A stretch of DNA of 59,039 nucleotides, counting the filler. It is 4 parts of 4 records of this genome, joined end to end, with 100 filler letters (N's around TTAATTAATTAA, not from the genome) between each part and the next. Parts side by side here need not be neighbours in the genome. Positions count along the whole stretch, not along the records: positions 36,359 to 52,250 come from SRR22947725_500; 3 more parts are not named here. One strand, 5' to 3'. Positions 38,066 through 48,168 of this stretch are shown here, in pieces. The notes beneath the pieces are model-generated. The model made no database searches, was not told where the DNA came from, and saw only the letters and a program-made list of their open reading frames with translations. The stretch's first letter is position 1, and each line of letters opens with the position of its first letter. Position numbers and translations under genes: made by a program.

Positions 38066-39034
38066 ATGAAAAGAGTATTTTTAATAATAGCATGCATGCT
38101 AATGACAGCATGCGTTGAAAACTTAATACACATATCTGTATTATCAGATGGAAAGTACACTATTAAATATAATTCTATTGGCGATAAGCTGGACCTAGAC
38201 AACAAAGACTTTATACATCCTAAAAATACAGAATTTGTTAAATGGGCAACTACTATGACCTTCTTAGATGAAAAAGATGTCTTTTCTAAGAATCTCAACT
38301 GGGAAAAAGAAACTATTAGCACTGAACCTATAAATAAAAAAATGATATTTTCCGACAGCCAAAGCTTAATCTACAGCATAGATGTGGACAAAAAAGGATA
38401 TTTTTTTTGGGATAGGTATAGTTTTAAATCAACTGTGCATAGCTTAGATATTGATACAAAATATCCGTCTATTATCGAATATTTAGATACAGAAGCTGAC
38501 TCTTTATCATGGATTGTCCCAGCTAAAAAGTATATTATTAAAAAAAGCTTAAAAGAATACGATAAACAAGCTGAACTGAACATCATTTTTATAGAAAGAG
38601 TTAATAATCAGGTAGATTCATATTTTAGTTATGCCGAAGAAAGAGAATTGATAGATAAGTTTGATAAAAACTCATCAATAATTTTGAAAGATGCTTTGAA
38701 GCCTATTTCAACAACACTTCCAAAAAATTTTTTTCAAGATATGAAGATTTTTGTAGATAAATATGAGGAAGATTTTTTAAAAAATATTGAATTAATGAAT
38801 GATTACTTTCAATTTAATATCAATTTACCTGGAATAGTTCGTAGCAATAATGCTCAATCTAATTCAGATGGATTATTAGTGTGGTCTTTTGACTTTGATA
38901 TAATTGCAAAAGATCAATTCAAAATGTATGCTAATTCAATTAGAATCAATAAATTGAGAATTCAGCTATTATTAGTAATGATTATAGTAGGATTTTTAGG
39001 AATATTATGGAATCAAAAATTAAAGAAAAAATAA
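38066..39034 (+). CDS. Hypothetical lipoprotein with C-terminal membrane anchor
   Basis: LMTAC lipobox; INLPG...SNNA...LVW pattern; hydrophobic C-terminal segment with basic tail. Confidence 0.6.
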   Translation: MKRVFLIIACMLMTACVENLIHISVLSDGKYTIKYNSIGDKLDLDNKDFIHPKNTEFVKWATTMTFLDEKDVFSKNLNWEKETISTEPINKKMIFSDSQSLIYSIDVDKKGYFFWDRYSFKSTVHSLDIDTKYPSIIEYLDTEADSLSWIVPAKKYIIKKSLKEYDKQAELNIIFIERVNNQVDSYFSYAEERELIDKFDKNSSIILKDALKPISTTLPKNFFQDMKIFVDKYEEDFLKNIELMNDYFQFNINLPGIVRSNNAQSNSDGLLVWSFDFDIIAKDQFKMYANSIRINKLRIQLLLVMIIVGFLGILWNQKLKKK

Positions 39035-41007
39035 AGAACTTAACTAGTCAGATTAATGAGCACAATTATGCGTATTATGTATTAGATCAGCCAAGTTTAA
39101 GCGATGCAGAATATGATAATTTATTTCGAGAGTTAGAGTCTCTTGAAAAAGTTAATCCAGAATTAATTTTACCCACATCTCCTACGCAGAGAGTAGGACA
39201 TCCTATAAAAAGTGGATTTCAAAACTATGATCACGAAATCCCCATGCTTTCTCTATCGAATGCTATAAACGAGCAAGAAATTGTAGAGTTTAACCAAAGA
39301 ATTAATAGGTGGTTAGATCAAAGTAAGACCTCTTATGTGGCTGAACCGAAAATTGACGGTTTAGGCGTTTCATTAATTTATGAAAATGGTCATTTGATAA
39401 GAGCACTTACTAGAGGAGATGGTTCTTCGGGAGAAGATATTACACATAATATTAAGACCATTAATGCCATACCTATGATTCTGAGAGGAAAAAATTATCC
39501 TAATTTTTTAGAAATTAGAGGAGAAATATTTATGTTAAAATCTGACTTCATAAGCTTGAATAAAGTAAGATCTCAGAATGATGAAAAGCTATTTGCTAAT
39601 GCCAGAAATGCAGCAGCCGGGAGTGTGAGACAGCTGGATCCACAAATCACCGCAAAGAGGAGTCTATCTATATTCTGTTATGAGCTAGGAGCGAGTAAGG
39701 GCTTAGACGTAAATACTCAATGGGATATGCTATCTTATCTAAAATCTATAGGCTTGCCAGTCAGCCCTTTAGCAAAGAAAATTGACAGTATTGATAGTAT
39801 GATTTCATACCATCAAGACTTAGAGCATAAAAGAGAAAGCATTCCATATGAAATTGATGGATCCGTTATTAAGGTTGACAATTATGTACTAAGATCAAAA
39901 CTTGGAGAAAGAGCACGGTCTCCAAGATGGGCTATTGCTGCAAAATTCAAATCAAAGAATGCAGAAACTCAGATTATAGATATAGTTCTTCAGGTGGGAA
40001 GAACCGGAGTTATTACTCCAGTTGCAAAAATTAAAGAAGTAGAAATATCTGGAGCAATTATTAGTAGTGCCACTTTGCACAATCAAGATGAAATTGATAA
40101 AAAAGATATTAGAATCAATGACTTTGTGATAGTAGAAAGATCGGGAGATGTAATACCTAAAATTACCAAAGTCTTAATAGAAAAAAGACCTAAAAAAACA
40201 CAGAAGTTTGCAATTAGCGATTTTAATTGGCCTGACCCTGATTGTAAAATCGAACGTATTGATGGAGAGGCCGCCTATAGATGCGTAAATCCAAATTGTA
40301 AATCTAGGGTAATGGGAATGCTTGAACACTTTTGTTCCAAAAATGCAATGAATATTGAAGGTATGGGACCCCAAATTGTCAAACAATTATTAGAAGCAAA
40401 TCTTTTAGAAAGTTTTGATGATATATATAGATTAAAATTTGATGATTTAATTAATCTTGAACGATTTAAAGATAAATCTGTAATGAATCTTATTACTTCA
40501 ATCAATGAATCTAAAAAAACAACGTTTCCAAGATTTTTATTTGCACTTGGCATACCTAATGTAGGCCAACATATATCAAAAATATTGGATATTCATTGTA
40601 AGTCTTCTATTGAGCATTTATCAACTCTCTCGTTAGAAGATTTAGAAAATATAGATGGCGTAGGTTTAATTGTAGCACAATCAATTATAGACTTTTTTAA
40701 TGCTTCTTCGAATAGAGAAGTAATTGATAACTGCTTTGCTAACGGTGTAAACATTAATAAGACCATTTTTGATAATTCTGAAAAATTTAAAGATATAATA
40801 TTTGTCATTACCGGAAGTTTCAAAAATCATAACCGAAATGAAATAAAAGAAATATTAGAAAAAAATGGCGGTAAAGTTTCAAGCTCAGTTTCATCTAAAA
40901 CAAGCTTTTTAATTGTTGGAAACAACGCAGGATCAAAGCTAAAAAAAGCTCAAGCATTAAATGTAAAAGTTGTTAAAGAAGCCCAATTAGAAAAATTTAT
41001 TAATTAA
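39007..41007 (+). CDS. ligA: NAD-dependent DNA ligase
   Basis: EPKIDG, TRGDG, NARNAAAGS, ATLHN, HhH repeats and BRCT domain. Confidence 0.97.
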   Translation: MESKIKEKIKNLTSQINEHNYAYYVLDQPSLSDAEYDNLFRELESLEKVNPELILPTSPTQRVGHPIKSGFQNYDHEIPMLSLSNAINEQEIVEFNQRINRWLDQSKTSYVAEPKIDGLGVSLIYENGHLIRALTRGDGSSGEDITHNIKTINAIPMILRGKNYPNFLEIRGEIFMLKSDFISLNKVRSQNDEKLFANARNAAAGSVRQLDPQITAKRSLSIFCYELGASKGLDVNTQWDMLSYLKSIGLPVSPLAKKIDSIDSMISYHQDLEHKRESIPYEIDGSVIKVDNYVLRSKLGERARSPRWAIAAKFKSKNAETQIIDIVLQVGRTGVITPVAKIKEVEISGAIISSATLHNQDEIDKKDIRINDFVIVERSGDVIPKITKVLIEKRPKKTQKFAISDFNWPDPDCKIERIDGEAAYRCVNPNCKSRVMGMLEHFCSKNAMNIEGMGPQIVKQLLEANLLESFDDIYRLKFDDLINLERFKDKSVMNLITSINESKKTTFPRFLFALGIPNVGQHISKILDIHCKSSIEHLSTLSLEDLENIDGVGLIVAQSIIDFFNASSNREVIDNCFANGVNINKTIFDNSEKFKDIIFVITGSFKNHNRNEIKEILEKNGGKVSSSVSSKTSFLIVGNNAGSKLKKAQALNVKVVKEAQLEKFIN

Positions 41008-41009
41008 AC

Positions 41010-42170
41010 ATGTTAAAATATTTTATCTTTTTCACTTCATTACTTTTTGCTCAAAATACTCTAGCTATAGATTCTAAAATCATAGCTAAAGATTTAGAGC
41101 GACCCCTTCTTGTTCGATTTGAGCCAGAAACTAATTTTATGTATATCATACAACAAACGGGGGAAATATTTATTAAAACTGGATCAGACACCATACTTTT
41201 TTTAGACTGGAGTGAGCATATTACAGTTAAGCCTATGCCAGATGAAAGAGGTTTATTGGGTATGGCATTTGACCCCAATTTTAAAAAAAATGGAGTTTTT
41301 TATTTATCATATGTTGACACCGAAAATTATTCAGTTGTTTCTAGATTTAAGGTATCTAACAGTAGGTTTAAAGCCGACGTATCTTCTGAGGAAAAACTAT
41401 TTTATTTTAAGCAACCCTTTAATAATCATAATGGAGGCCATATTGAATTCAGCCCTATTGATAATTATCTTTATATAGCATTTGGAGACGGTGGAAAGTT
41501 TGGGGACCCTTTCAATCATGCACAAAATACGGAAAATTATTTTGGAAAAATATTACGAATAGATGTTAGCTCTGATAGTAATTATAGCGTTCCTGATGAT
41601 AATCCTTTTTATGGTTCAGATAGTAATAAACAAGAAATATGGTCATACGGATTAAGAAACCCATGGAGATTTTCATTTGATGCTATAAATGGAGATATGT
41701 TTATTGGAGATGTTGGTCAAGACTCTTGGGAAGAAATCAATTATTTAGAAGCCAATAAAGCGGGAGTAAATTTTGGTTGGAATGCTGTAGAGGGCAACCA
41801 CTGTTACTCAAATCCAGACTGTAACCAAAAAATGTATACTAAACCAATGTTAGAATACCCAAGTGATGCCGCTTATTGGAAGAGCATAATGGGACTGAAA
41901 GAAAAAAACATTACAGGGTGTTCTGTAACAGGTGGATATATATATAGAGGCGAACAAATAAAATCATTATATGGGCTTTACATATTTTCTGATTTTTGTA
42001 GTGGAAAAGTATGGGCATTTAATCAAAAGAGTAATGAAATTACTGAGATTACTACATCTCTATTATCATCAGATCAGCATATGATTGCATCTTTTGGAGA
42101 AGATATTTATAATGAGCTGTATATAGTGGACTATTTAGGAGCTATATATAAAATTCAAAAGGGGAAATAG
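41010..42170 (+). CDS. PQQ-dependent glucose/sorbosone dehydrogenase-family beta-propeller, secreted
   Basis: ERGLLGMAFDP, NHNGG, GDGG, GKILRID, YGLRNPWRFSFD and GDVGQ. Confidence 0.88.
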   Translation: MLKYFIFFTSLLFAQNTLAIDSKIIAKDLERPLLVRFEPETNFMYIIQQTGEIFIKTGSDTILFLDWSEHITVKPMPDERGLLGMAFDPNFKKNGVFYLSYVDTENYSVVSRFKVSNSRFKADVSSEEKLFYFKQPFNNHNGGHIEFSPIDNYLYIAFGDGGKFGDPFNHAQNTENYFGKILRIDVSSDSNYSVPDDNPFYGSDSNKQEIWSYGLRNPWRFSFDAINGDMFIGDVGQDSWEEINYLEANKAGVNFGWNAVEGNHCYSNPDCNQKMYTKPMLEYPSDAAYWKSIMGLKEKNITGCSVTGGYIYRGEQIKSLYGLYIFSDFCSGKVWAFNQKSNEITEITTSLLSSDQHMIASFGEDIYNELYIVDYLGAIYKIQKGK

Positions 42171-43097
42171 TTGAAAGATTTTGGAATTGAAATAATTAAT
42201 CTTCATAAAAAATATGATGATGTATATGCTGTGAAGGGTATTGATCTATCTATTAAAAAAGGAGAATTCTATGGTCTTCTTGGTCCCAATGGTGCTGGAA
42301 AATCTACAACTATAAATGCTATTACCAGCCTAGTGAAGCCAACTGATGGAGAAGTAAAAATTTTAGGTAAAAATATTGTATCAGACTTTAGATATGCTAG
42401 ATCTCAAATTGGAATTGCTTGCCAAGAATTGAGTAATGACTTCTTTTTCCCAGTAGAAGAATTATTATACTATCAAGCTGGATACTATGGTGTAACTAGA
42501 AAAAATGCAAAACAGAGAATTGATTATATTCTTAATAAGTTAGGCTTATATGAGCATCGTAATAAGAAAATGCGAATGCTTTCTGGGGGAATGAAAAGAA
42601 GACTACAAATTGCTAAAGCACTTGTTCACGATCCACAAATTCTTATTTTAGATGAACCTACTGCGGGGGTTGATGTAGAGCTGAGACATGATTTATGGAA
42701 ATATCTCAATGAGCTTCACGCAGAAGGAAAAACTATATTACTAACGACCCACTATATTGATGAAGCCGAACTTTTATGTGAAAGAGTTGGAATTATAGAT
42801 AATGGTAAGTTAATTGTGGAGGATACAGTGAAAAATTTAAAAAATATGGTGAATAAATCAGGAATCATAATCCATACAAAAGAAAATTTTCCAAAATTAG
42901 ATACTATTCTAAAAGACTATAATCCTGTTATTAATCAAAACAAAGTAGAAATTTTAACAAAGCAGCCAAATTTAGATTTACCAAAAATCATATTGAAATT
43001 ATCGGAGAGCAATATAAGAATTGAAGATGTCCAGCTTCCTAAGGCATCACTGGAAGATGTGTTTATAGACTTAACAGGAAGAAAAATTAATGACTAG
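42171..43097 (+). CDS. ABC-2 exporter ATP-binding subunit (YadG-like)
   Basis: GPNGAGKST, LSGGMKRR, LDEPTAGVD and TTHY. Confidence 0.92.
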   Translation: MKDFGIEIINLHKKYDDVYAVKGIDLSIKKGEFYGLLGPNGAGKSTTINAITSLVKPTDGEVKILGKNIVSDFRYARSQIGIACQELSNDFFFPVEELLYYQAGYYGVTRKNAKQRIDYILNKLGLYEHRNKKMRMLSGGMKRRLQIAKALVHDPQILILDEPTAGVDVELRHDLWKYLNELHAEGKTILLTTHYIDEAELLCERVGIIDNGKLIVEDTVKNLKNMVNKSGIIIHTKENFPKLDTILKDYNPVINQNKVEILTKQPNLDLPKIILKLSESNIRIEDVQLPKASLEDVFIDLTGRKIND

Positions 43098-43854
43098 TAA
43101 TTGGATAGGATTTTATACTTTGACTTCAAAAGAAGTCATGAGATTTTTCTCTGTTTGGAGGCAAACAATTATACCCGGCGTAATAACAACGCTACTATAT
43201 ATATTTGTATTTGGAGTTGCTCTAGAAAATAGAATTTCAGAGATCAGTGGAGTTTCTTATAAGATTTATATTCTCCCAGGGCTATTGATGATGAATGTTA
43301 TTACAAATGCCACAGCAAATACAGCTTCCTCTATGCTGCAAATGAAGCTCCTTCAAACATTGCCAGAGCTATTGATTACGCCTTTATCTAGTTTAGAATT
43401 ATCCTTGTCATTTATTATTGGAGGAGCAGTCAGGGGCCTAGTTAATGGGACACTGATATTATTAATTTGTTGGCTAGCTGGTATGCCAATCAATGACTTA
43501 CCCTTGACCTTAATTGCTATCTTTCTTGTATCTTGGTCTTTTGCTAGCTTAGGGTTACTGATTGGACAATTATCTGATTCTTGGGATCAGTTAGCGCTAA
43601 TCCAAAATTTTATAATCACGCCGTTTAGTTTTCTTGGAGGTATTTTTTATTCTATAAAGATGTTACCGGCCTGGGCAACAACCATTAGTTTAATAAACCC
43701 AATTTTTTATGCTATTAATACCCTAAGATATACAACATTAGGAGTTTCAGATGCTGACTTTAAGTCATCTTTTATCTTTTTGATTATATTTACAACTCTT
43801 TCAACTGTTGCGGCAGTGCGAACAATGCATACGGGTAAAAAAATAAGGTTTTAA
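43090..43854 (+). CDS. ABC-2 exporter permease (YadH-like)
   Basis: KEVMRF...QT, ILPGLLMM, FLGGIFYS and NPIFYAIN. Confidence 0.9.
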   Translation: MTSNWIGFYTLTSKEVMRFFSVWRQTIIPGVITTLLYIFVFGVALENRISEISGVSYKIYILPGLLMMNVITNATANTASSMLQMKLLQTLPELLITPLSSLELSLSFIIGGAVRGLVNGTLILLICWLAGMPINDLPLTLIAIFLVSWSFASLGLLIGQLSDSWDQLALIQNFIITPFSFLGGIFYSIKMLPAWATTISLINPIFYAINTLRYTTLGVSDADFKSSFIFLIIFTTLSTVAAVRTMHTGKKIRF

Positions 43855-43883
43855 TTTTAATATATATGGGGTAAAATCTACTC

Positions 43884-44978
43884 ATGCGAAAACACCAAAA
43901 GGCTATCCTATTTTTAGAGGATGGTCTTTTTTTTAAAGGAAAAAGTCTTGGTTTGTTAGGGGAAGCATCCGGAGAAGTATGTTTTAATACTGGGATGACA
44001 GGATACCAAGAAATTTTAACAGACCCATCATACGCAAAGCAAATGATTGTTATGTGTAGTCCACATATTGGTAATTATGGAACAAATGAATCGGATGTAG
44101 AATCTTCAAATGTATATGCATCAGGATTTATAATTAAAAATGAATCTTTATCCCCTTCTAATTGGAGATCTAGTAGTTCATTAGAAGAGTTTTTAAAATC
44201 AAATAAAGTTGTTGGTATACAAGATATTGATACTCGAGCTCTTACTATTCACATTAGAAATAATGGATCAATGAAAGGAATTATTTCTACCAACGATTTT
44301 GATATTGGTAGCTTAGCCAAGAAAATCAAAGATATACCTTCAATGGAGGGTTTAGATTTAGCAAAGGAAGTTTCTAGAAAAGAAAAAATAACTCTTTGTA
44401 GCGTAGATCACCCAAAGTATAAAATTGCAGCTATTGACTATGGCATGAAAAGTAATATTTATGATATACTGCTAGAAAATAATGCAGAAGTAACTATTTT
44501 CCCTGCATCAGTCACAGCAGAAGAGATATTGAAGTATAATCCTGATGGCATATTTCTTTCAAATGGACCAGGCGACCCATCTGCAGTATCATATGGAATT
44601 GAAGCAGTTAAAAAATTATTAGGAAAAAAACCTATATTTGGTATTTGTCTTGGCCATCAAATTTTATCACTAGCATTAGAAGCTAAAACATTTAAAATGA
44701 AATTTGGACACCGAGGAATTAATCAACCTGTCAAAAATTTAAAAACTAATAAAATTGAAATTACGTCACAAAATCATGGTTTTGCTGTGAGAGATGACTC
44801 TCTAGCATCCAATATTACAGTAACACATACCCATCTTAATGATAATACTATTGCAGGAATTGCATGCGAAGATATGAAGGCATATTCAGTCCAGTATCAT
44901 CCGGAAGCAAGTCCGGGGCCACATGATTCAAGATATGTTTTTAAAAAGTTTTTTAATATGATGGATTCAAATGCCTAA
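43884..44978 (+). CDS. carA: Carbamoyl-phosphate synthase small subunit
   Basis: [25 protein letters not shown] and [10 protein letters not shown]. Confidence 0.97.
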   Translation: MRKHQKAILFLEDGLFFKGKSLGLLGEASGEVCFNTGMTGYQEILTDPSYAKQMIVMCSPHIGNYGTNESDVESSNVYASGFIIKNESLSPSNWRSSSSLEEFLKSNKVVGIQDIDTRALTIHIRNNGSMKGIISTNDFDIGSLAKKIKDIPSMEGLDLAKEVSRKEKITLCSVDHPKYKIAAIDYGMKSNIYDILLENNAEVTIFPASVTAEEILKYNPDGIFLSNGPGDPSAVSYGIEAVKKLLGKKPIFGICLGHQILSLALEAKTFKMKFGHRGINQPVKNLKTNKIEITSQNHGFAVRDDSLASNITVTHTHLNDNTIAGIACEDMKAYSVQYHPEASPGPHDSRYVFKKFFNMMDSNA

Positions 44979-47900
44979 AAGAGCAGATATAAAAACAATT
45001 CTAGTCATTGGCGCAGGACCAATTGTCATTGGCCAGGGCTGTGAGTTTGATTACTCAGGAACACAGGCTATTAAAGCGCTCAAAGAAGAAGGGTATAAAG
45101 TTGTATTAATTAATTCAAATCCTGCTACTATTATGACAGATCCACAATTTTCAGATAGAACATATATTGAGCCTATTACTGTAGAATATGTTGAAGAAAT
45201 TATTCAAAAAGAAAAGCCAGATGCTATTTTACCTACAGTAGGTGGACAAACAGCTTTGAATGTAGCAATGGATTTAGATGATCGGGGAATTCTAGAAAAA
45301 TATAATGTAGAGCTTATTGGTGCTAATAAAAAAGCTATTGAAACAGCAGAAAGTAGAGAGAAGTTTAAAGAGGCAATGCTCGATATTGGTTTAGATTTGC
45401 CATACGGACATACTATTCAATCATTAGATGAAGGAAAAAGATTACTTGATAATATTTCCTTGCCTGCCATTATTAGACCATCTTTCACTCTTGGAGGTTC
45501 GGGTGGTTCTGTGGCTTATAATGAAGAAGAATTTGAAGATTCTATTGAAAAAGGATTAAAAGAAAGTCCAACAGGACAAGTACTTGTCGAAGAATATTTA
45601 TTAGGATGGAAAGAATATGAATTAGAGCTTATACGAGATCCTAATGATAATGTTATTATCATTTGCTCTATTGAAAATATAGATCCTATGGGAATACATA
45701 CAGGAGATTCTATAACGGTGGCTCCAGCAATGACTTTAACAGATAAAGAATTCCAGCATATGAGAAATGCTGCAATTAAATGTATTAGAAAAATTGGAGT
45801 TGATACGGGCGGTTCTAATGTTCAATTTGCTATTAATCCAAAAGATGGTAGGATGGTAATTATTGAAATGAATCCTAGGGTAAGTCGTTCATCTGCGCTT
45901 GCTTCTAAAGCAACAGGCTTCCCAATTGCTAAAATAGCGGCCAAGTTAGCAGTAGGCTATTCTTTGGATGAATTAAAAAATGATATTACAAATAAAACAC
46001 TTGCTGCGTTCGAGCCAACAATTGATTATATCGTAACAAAACTACCAAGATTTGATTTTGAAAAATTTTCTTCTGCTTCTGGAAAATTAGGTGTACAAAT
46101 GCAATCTGTAGGTGAAGCAATGTCTATTGGTAGAACATTTAGGGAATCATTCCAGAAAGCATTTAGATCGCTAGAGTTAAATTTACCAGGACTTTCTACT
46201 AAAGATCCAAGAAATGAAGATCCAGATATTAAGCGTTATCGCTCGTTAGATATAGCATCTCTAAATGATGGAAGCGCATTCAGAATTTTAAAGGTTAAAG
46301 AAGCGATTAAAGAAGAGTTTACAATTGAAGAAATTCATAATAATACAGGTATTGACCCTTGGTTTTTAAATGAAATAGCAGAGATTGTTTATTTGGAAAA
46401 TCACCACAACTCTTTAGATGATTTAGAATTACTGAAAAAAAATGGATTTTCTGATATACAAGTAGGCGCACTAACTGATAGAACAGCAGAACAGATTAGG
46501 CAGATTAGAAAAGAAAGAAACTTAAAGCCGGTTTATAAAGTTGTAGATACATGTGCGGGAGAATTTACGGCAGAAACACCGTATTCATACTCTACTTATG
46601 AATCAACGCATGATATTACACCGCTTGATGGACCAAAGGTGATGATCTTAGGAGGAGGACCAAATCGTATTGGCCAAGGAATAGAGTTTGATTATTGCTG
46701 CGTTCAAGCTGTATATGGGCTAAGAGAAGCTGGGTATAAATCTATCATGGTTAATTGCAATCCAGAAACTGTCTCAACTGATTTTGATTTAGCAGATCGA
46801 TTATACTTCGAGCCAATTACATTTGAAGATATTATGAATATAATTGAATTTGAAAAACCTGATGGAGTTCTAGTGCAGTTTGGAGGTCAAACACCTCTAA
46901 AAATTGCTGAACAATTAACAAATGAAGGCGTAAAAATATTTGGTACATCGTCAGCTAGCATTGATTTGGCTGAAAACAGGGAAGAATTTGCTAGAATTAT
47001 TAAAAAGTTAAAAATTCAAATACCAGAATATTGTATTGCAAAAAACTATGAAGAAATTATCAATTTCTCCGAAATTGCTCAATTTCCAGTACTAGTAAGG
47101 CCAAGCTATGTACTAGGTGGAAGAGCTATGCAGATTGTCTATAATAAAGAACAGCTTGTAGATTATGTTTTCCGATCGGCTGAAGCTACAAATGATCATC
47201 CAATACTAATTGATCAATTTATTGAAAATGCTTTTGAGTTCGATGTCGATGCCCTATGTGATGGAGAAGAGGTTTTTATTGCTGGTATTATGCAGCATAT
47301 TGAAGAAGCGGGTGTTCATTCTGGAGATTCATCATGTGTTTTACCGCCTTACGATATGAGTAGTAAGGTCAAAAAAGATATTATAGATATGACAACCAAA
47401 TTAGCACTAGAGTTAAATGTGGTAGGATTAATTAACTTACAATTTGCAGTAAAAAATAATGAAGTTTATGTCTTAGAAGTAAATCCAAGGTCTAGCAGGA
47501 CAGTGCCATTTGTAAGTAAGTATAGCAATGTACCATTAGCAAATATTGCCGCACAACTATCTGTAGGCAAAAAAATTAGAGATTTTAATCTTAAAGAAAA
47601 TCATTTCAAACACACTGCTGTTAAAAAGGCAGTACTTCCATTTAAAAAATTCAAAGATGAAAAAGTGTTTTTAGGCCCAGAGATGAAGTCTACAGGTGAA
47701 GTAATGGGGATTGATACTGAGCCAGGTATAGCATTCTTAAAGGCAATGCAATCTGATGGATATACTGTTCCTAGAACCGGTACAGCATTTGTATCTATAA
47801 CTGATATAGATAAAAAAAGAGCACTTCCGATCATCAAAGATTTAGAAAAACTTAATTTTACAATTATTGCTACAAAAGGAACCGCAGATTTTTTATTAGA

Positions 47901-48165
47901 AAACAATATCAATTGTACTCCTGTTTTTAAAGTTGGAGAAGGTCGTCCAAATGTAGTAGATGAAATTTTGAACGATAATATTCAGTTAGTAATTAATACC
48001 CCGGAAGGTGCGCAGTCTAGATATGATGAAGAAGCTATTGGGAAAACCTCAGTAATGAAAAATGTTTTAACTATTACGACTTTAGCTGGCGCTAAAGCAG
48101 CTATAGAAGCAATGTCAAACATGAATAAGATTAGAGTAGCACCACTCCAAGAATACTTTAAATAA
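44971..48165 (+). CDS. carB: Carbamoyl-phosphate synthase large subunit
   Basis: MPKR...[17 protein letters not shown], two ATP-grasp domains and MGS domain. Confidence 0.98.
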   Translation: MPKRADIKTILVIGAGPIVIGQGCEFDYSGTQAIKALKEEGYKVVLINSNPATIMTDPQFSDRTYIEPITVEYVEEIIQKEKPDAILPTVGGQTALNVAMDLDDRGILEKYNVELIGANKKAIETAESREKFKEAMLDIGLDLPYGHTIQSLDEGKRLLDNISLPAIIRPSFTLGGSGGSVAYNEEEFEDSIEKGLKESPTGQVLVEEYLLGWKEYELELIRDPNDNVIIICSIENIDPMGIHTGDSITVAPAMTLTDKEFQHMRNAAIKCIRKIGVDTGGSNVQFAINPKDGRMVIIEMNPRVSRSSALASKATGFPIAKIAAKLAVGYSLDELKNDITNKTLAAFEPTIDYIVTKLPRFDFEKFSSASGKLGVQMQSVGEAMSIGRTFRESFQKAFRSLELNLPGLSTKDPRNEDPDIKRYRSLDIASLNDGSAFRILKVKEAIKEEFTIEEIHNNTGIDPWFLNEIAEIVYLENHHNSLDDLELLKKNGFSDIQVGALTDRTAEQIRQIRKERNLKPVYKVVDTCAGEFTAETPYSYSTYESTHDITPLDGPKVMILGGGPNRIGQGIEFDYCCVQAVYGLREAGYKSIMVNCNPETVSTDFDLADRLYFEPITFEDIMNIIEFEKPDGVLVQFGGQTPLKIAEQLTNEGVKIFGTSSASIDLAENREEFARIIKKLKIQIPEYCIAKNYEEIINFSEIAQFPVLVRPSYVLGGRAMQIVYNKEQLVDYVFRSAEATNDHPILIDQFIENAFEFDVDALCDGEEVFIAGIMQHIEEAGVHSGDSSCVLPPYDMSSKVKKDIIDMTTKLALELNVVGLINLQFAVKNNEVYVLEVNPRSSRTVPFVSKYSNVPLANIAAQLSVGKKIRDFNLKENHFKHTAVKKAVLPFKKFKDEKVFLGPEMKSTGEVMGIDTEPGIAFLKAMQSDGYTVPRTGTAFVSITDIDKKRALPIIKDLEKLNFTIIATKGTADFLLENNINCTPVFKVGEGRPNVVDEILNDNIQLVINTPEGAQSRYDEEAIGKTSVMKNVLTITTLAGAKAAIEAMSNMNKIRVAPLQEYFK

Positions 48166-48168
48166 TAA

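Noticed and set aside
43884-48165. carAB as part of the same arginine system as the arg operon
   Set aside because: On a different contig, probably from a different organism
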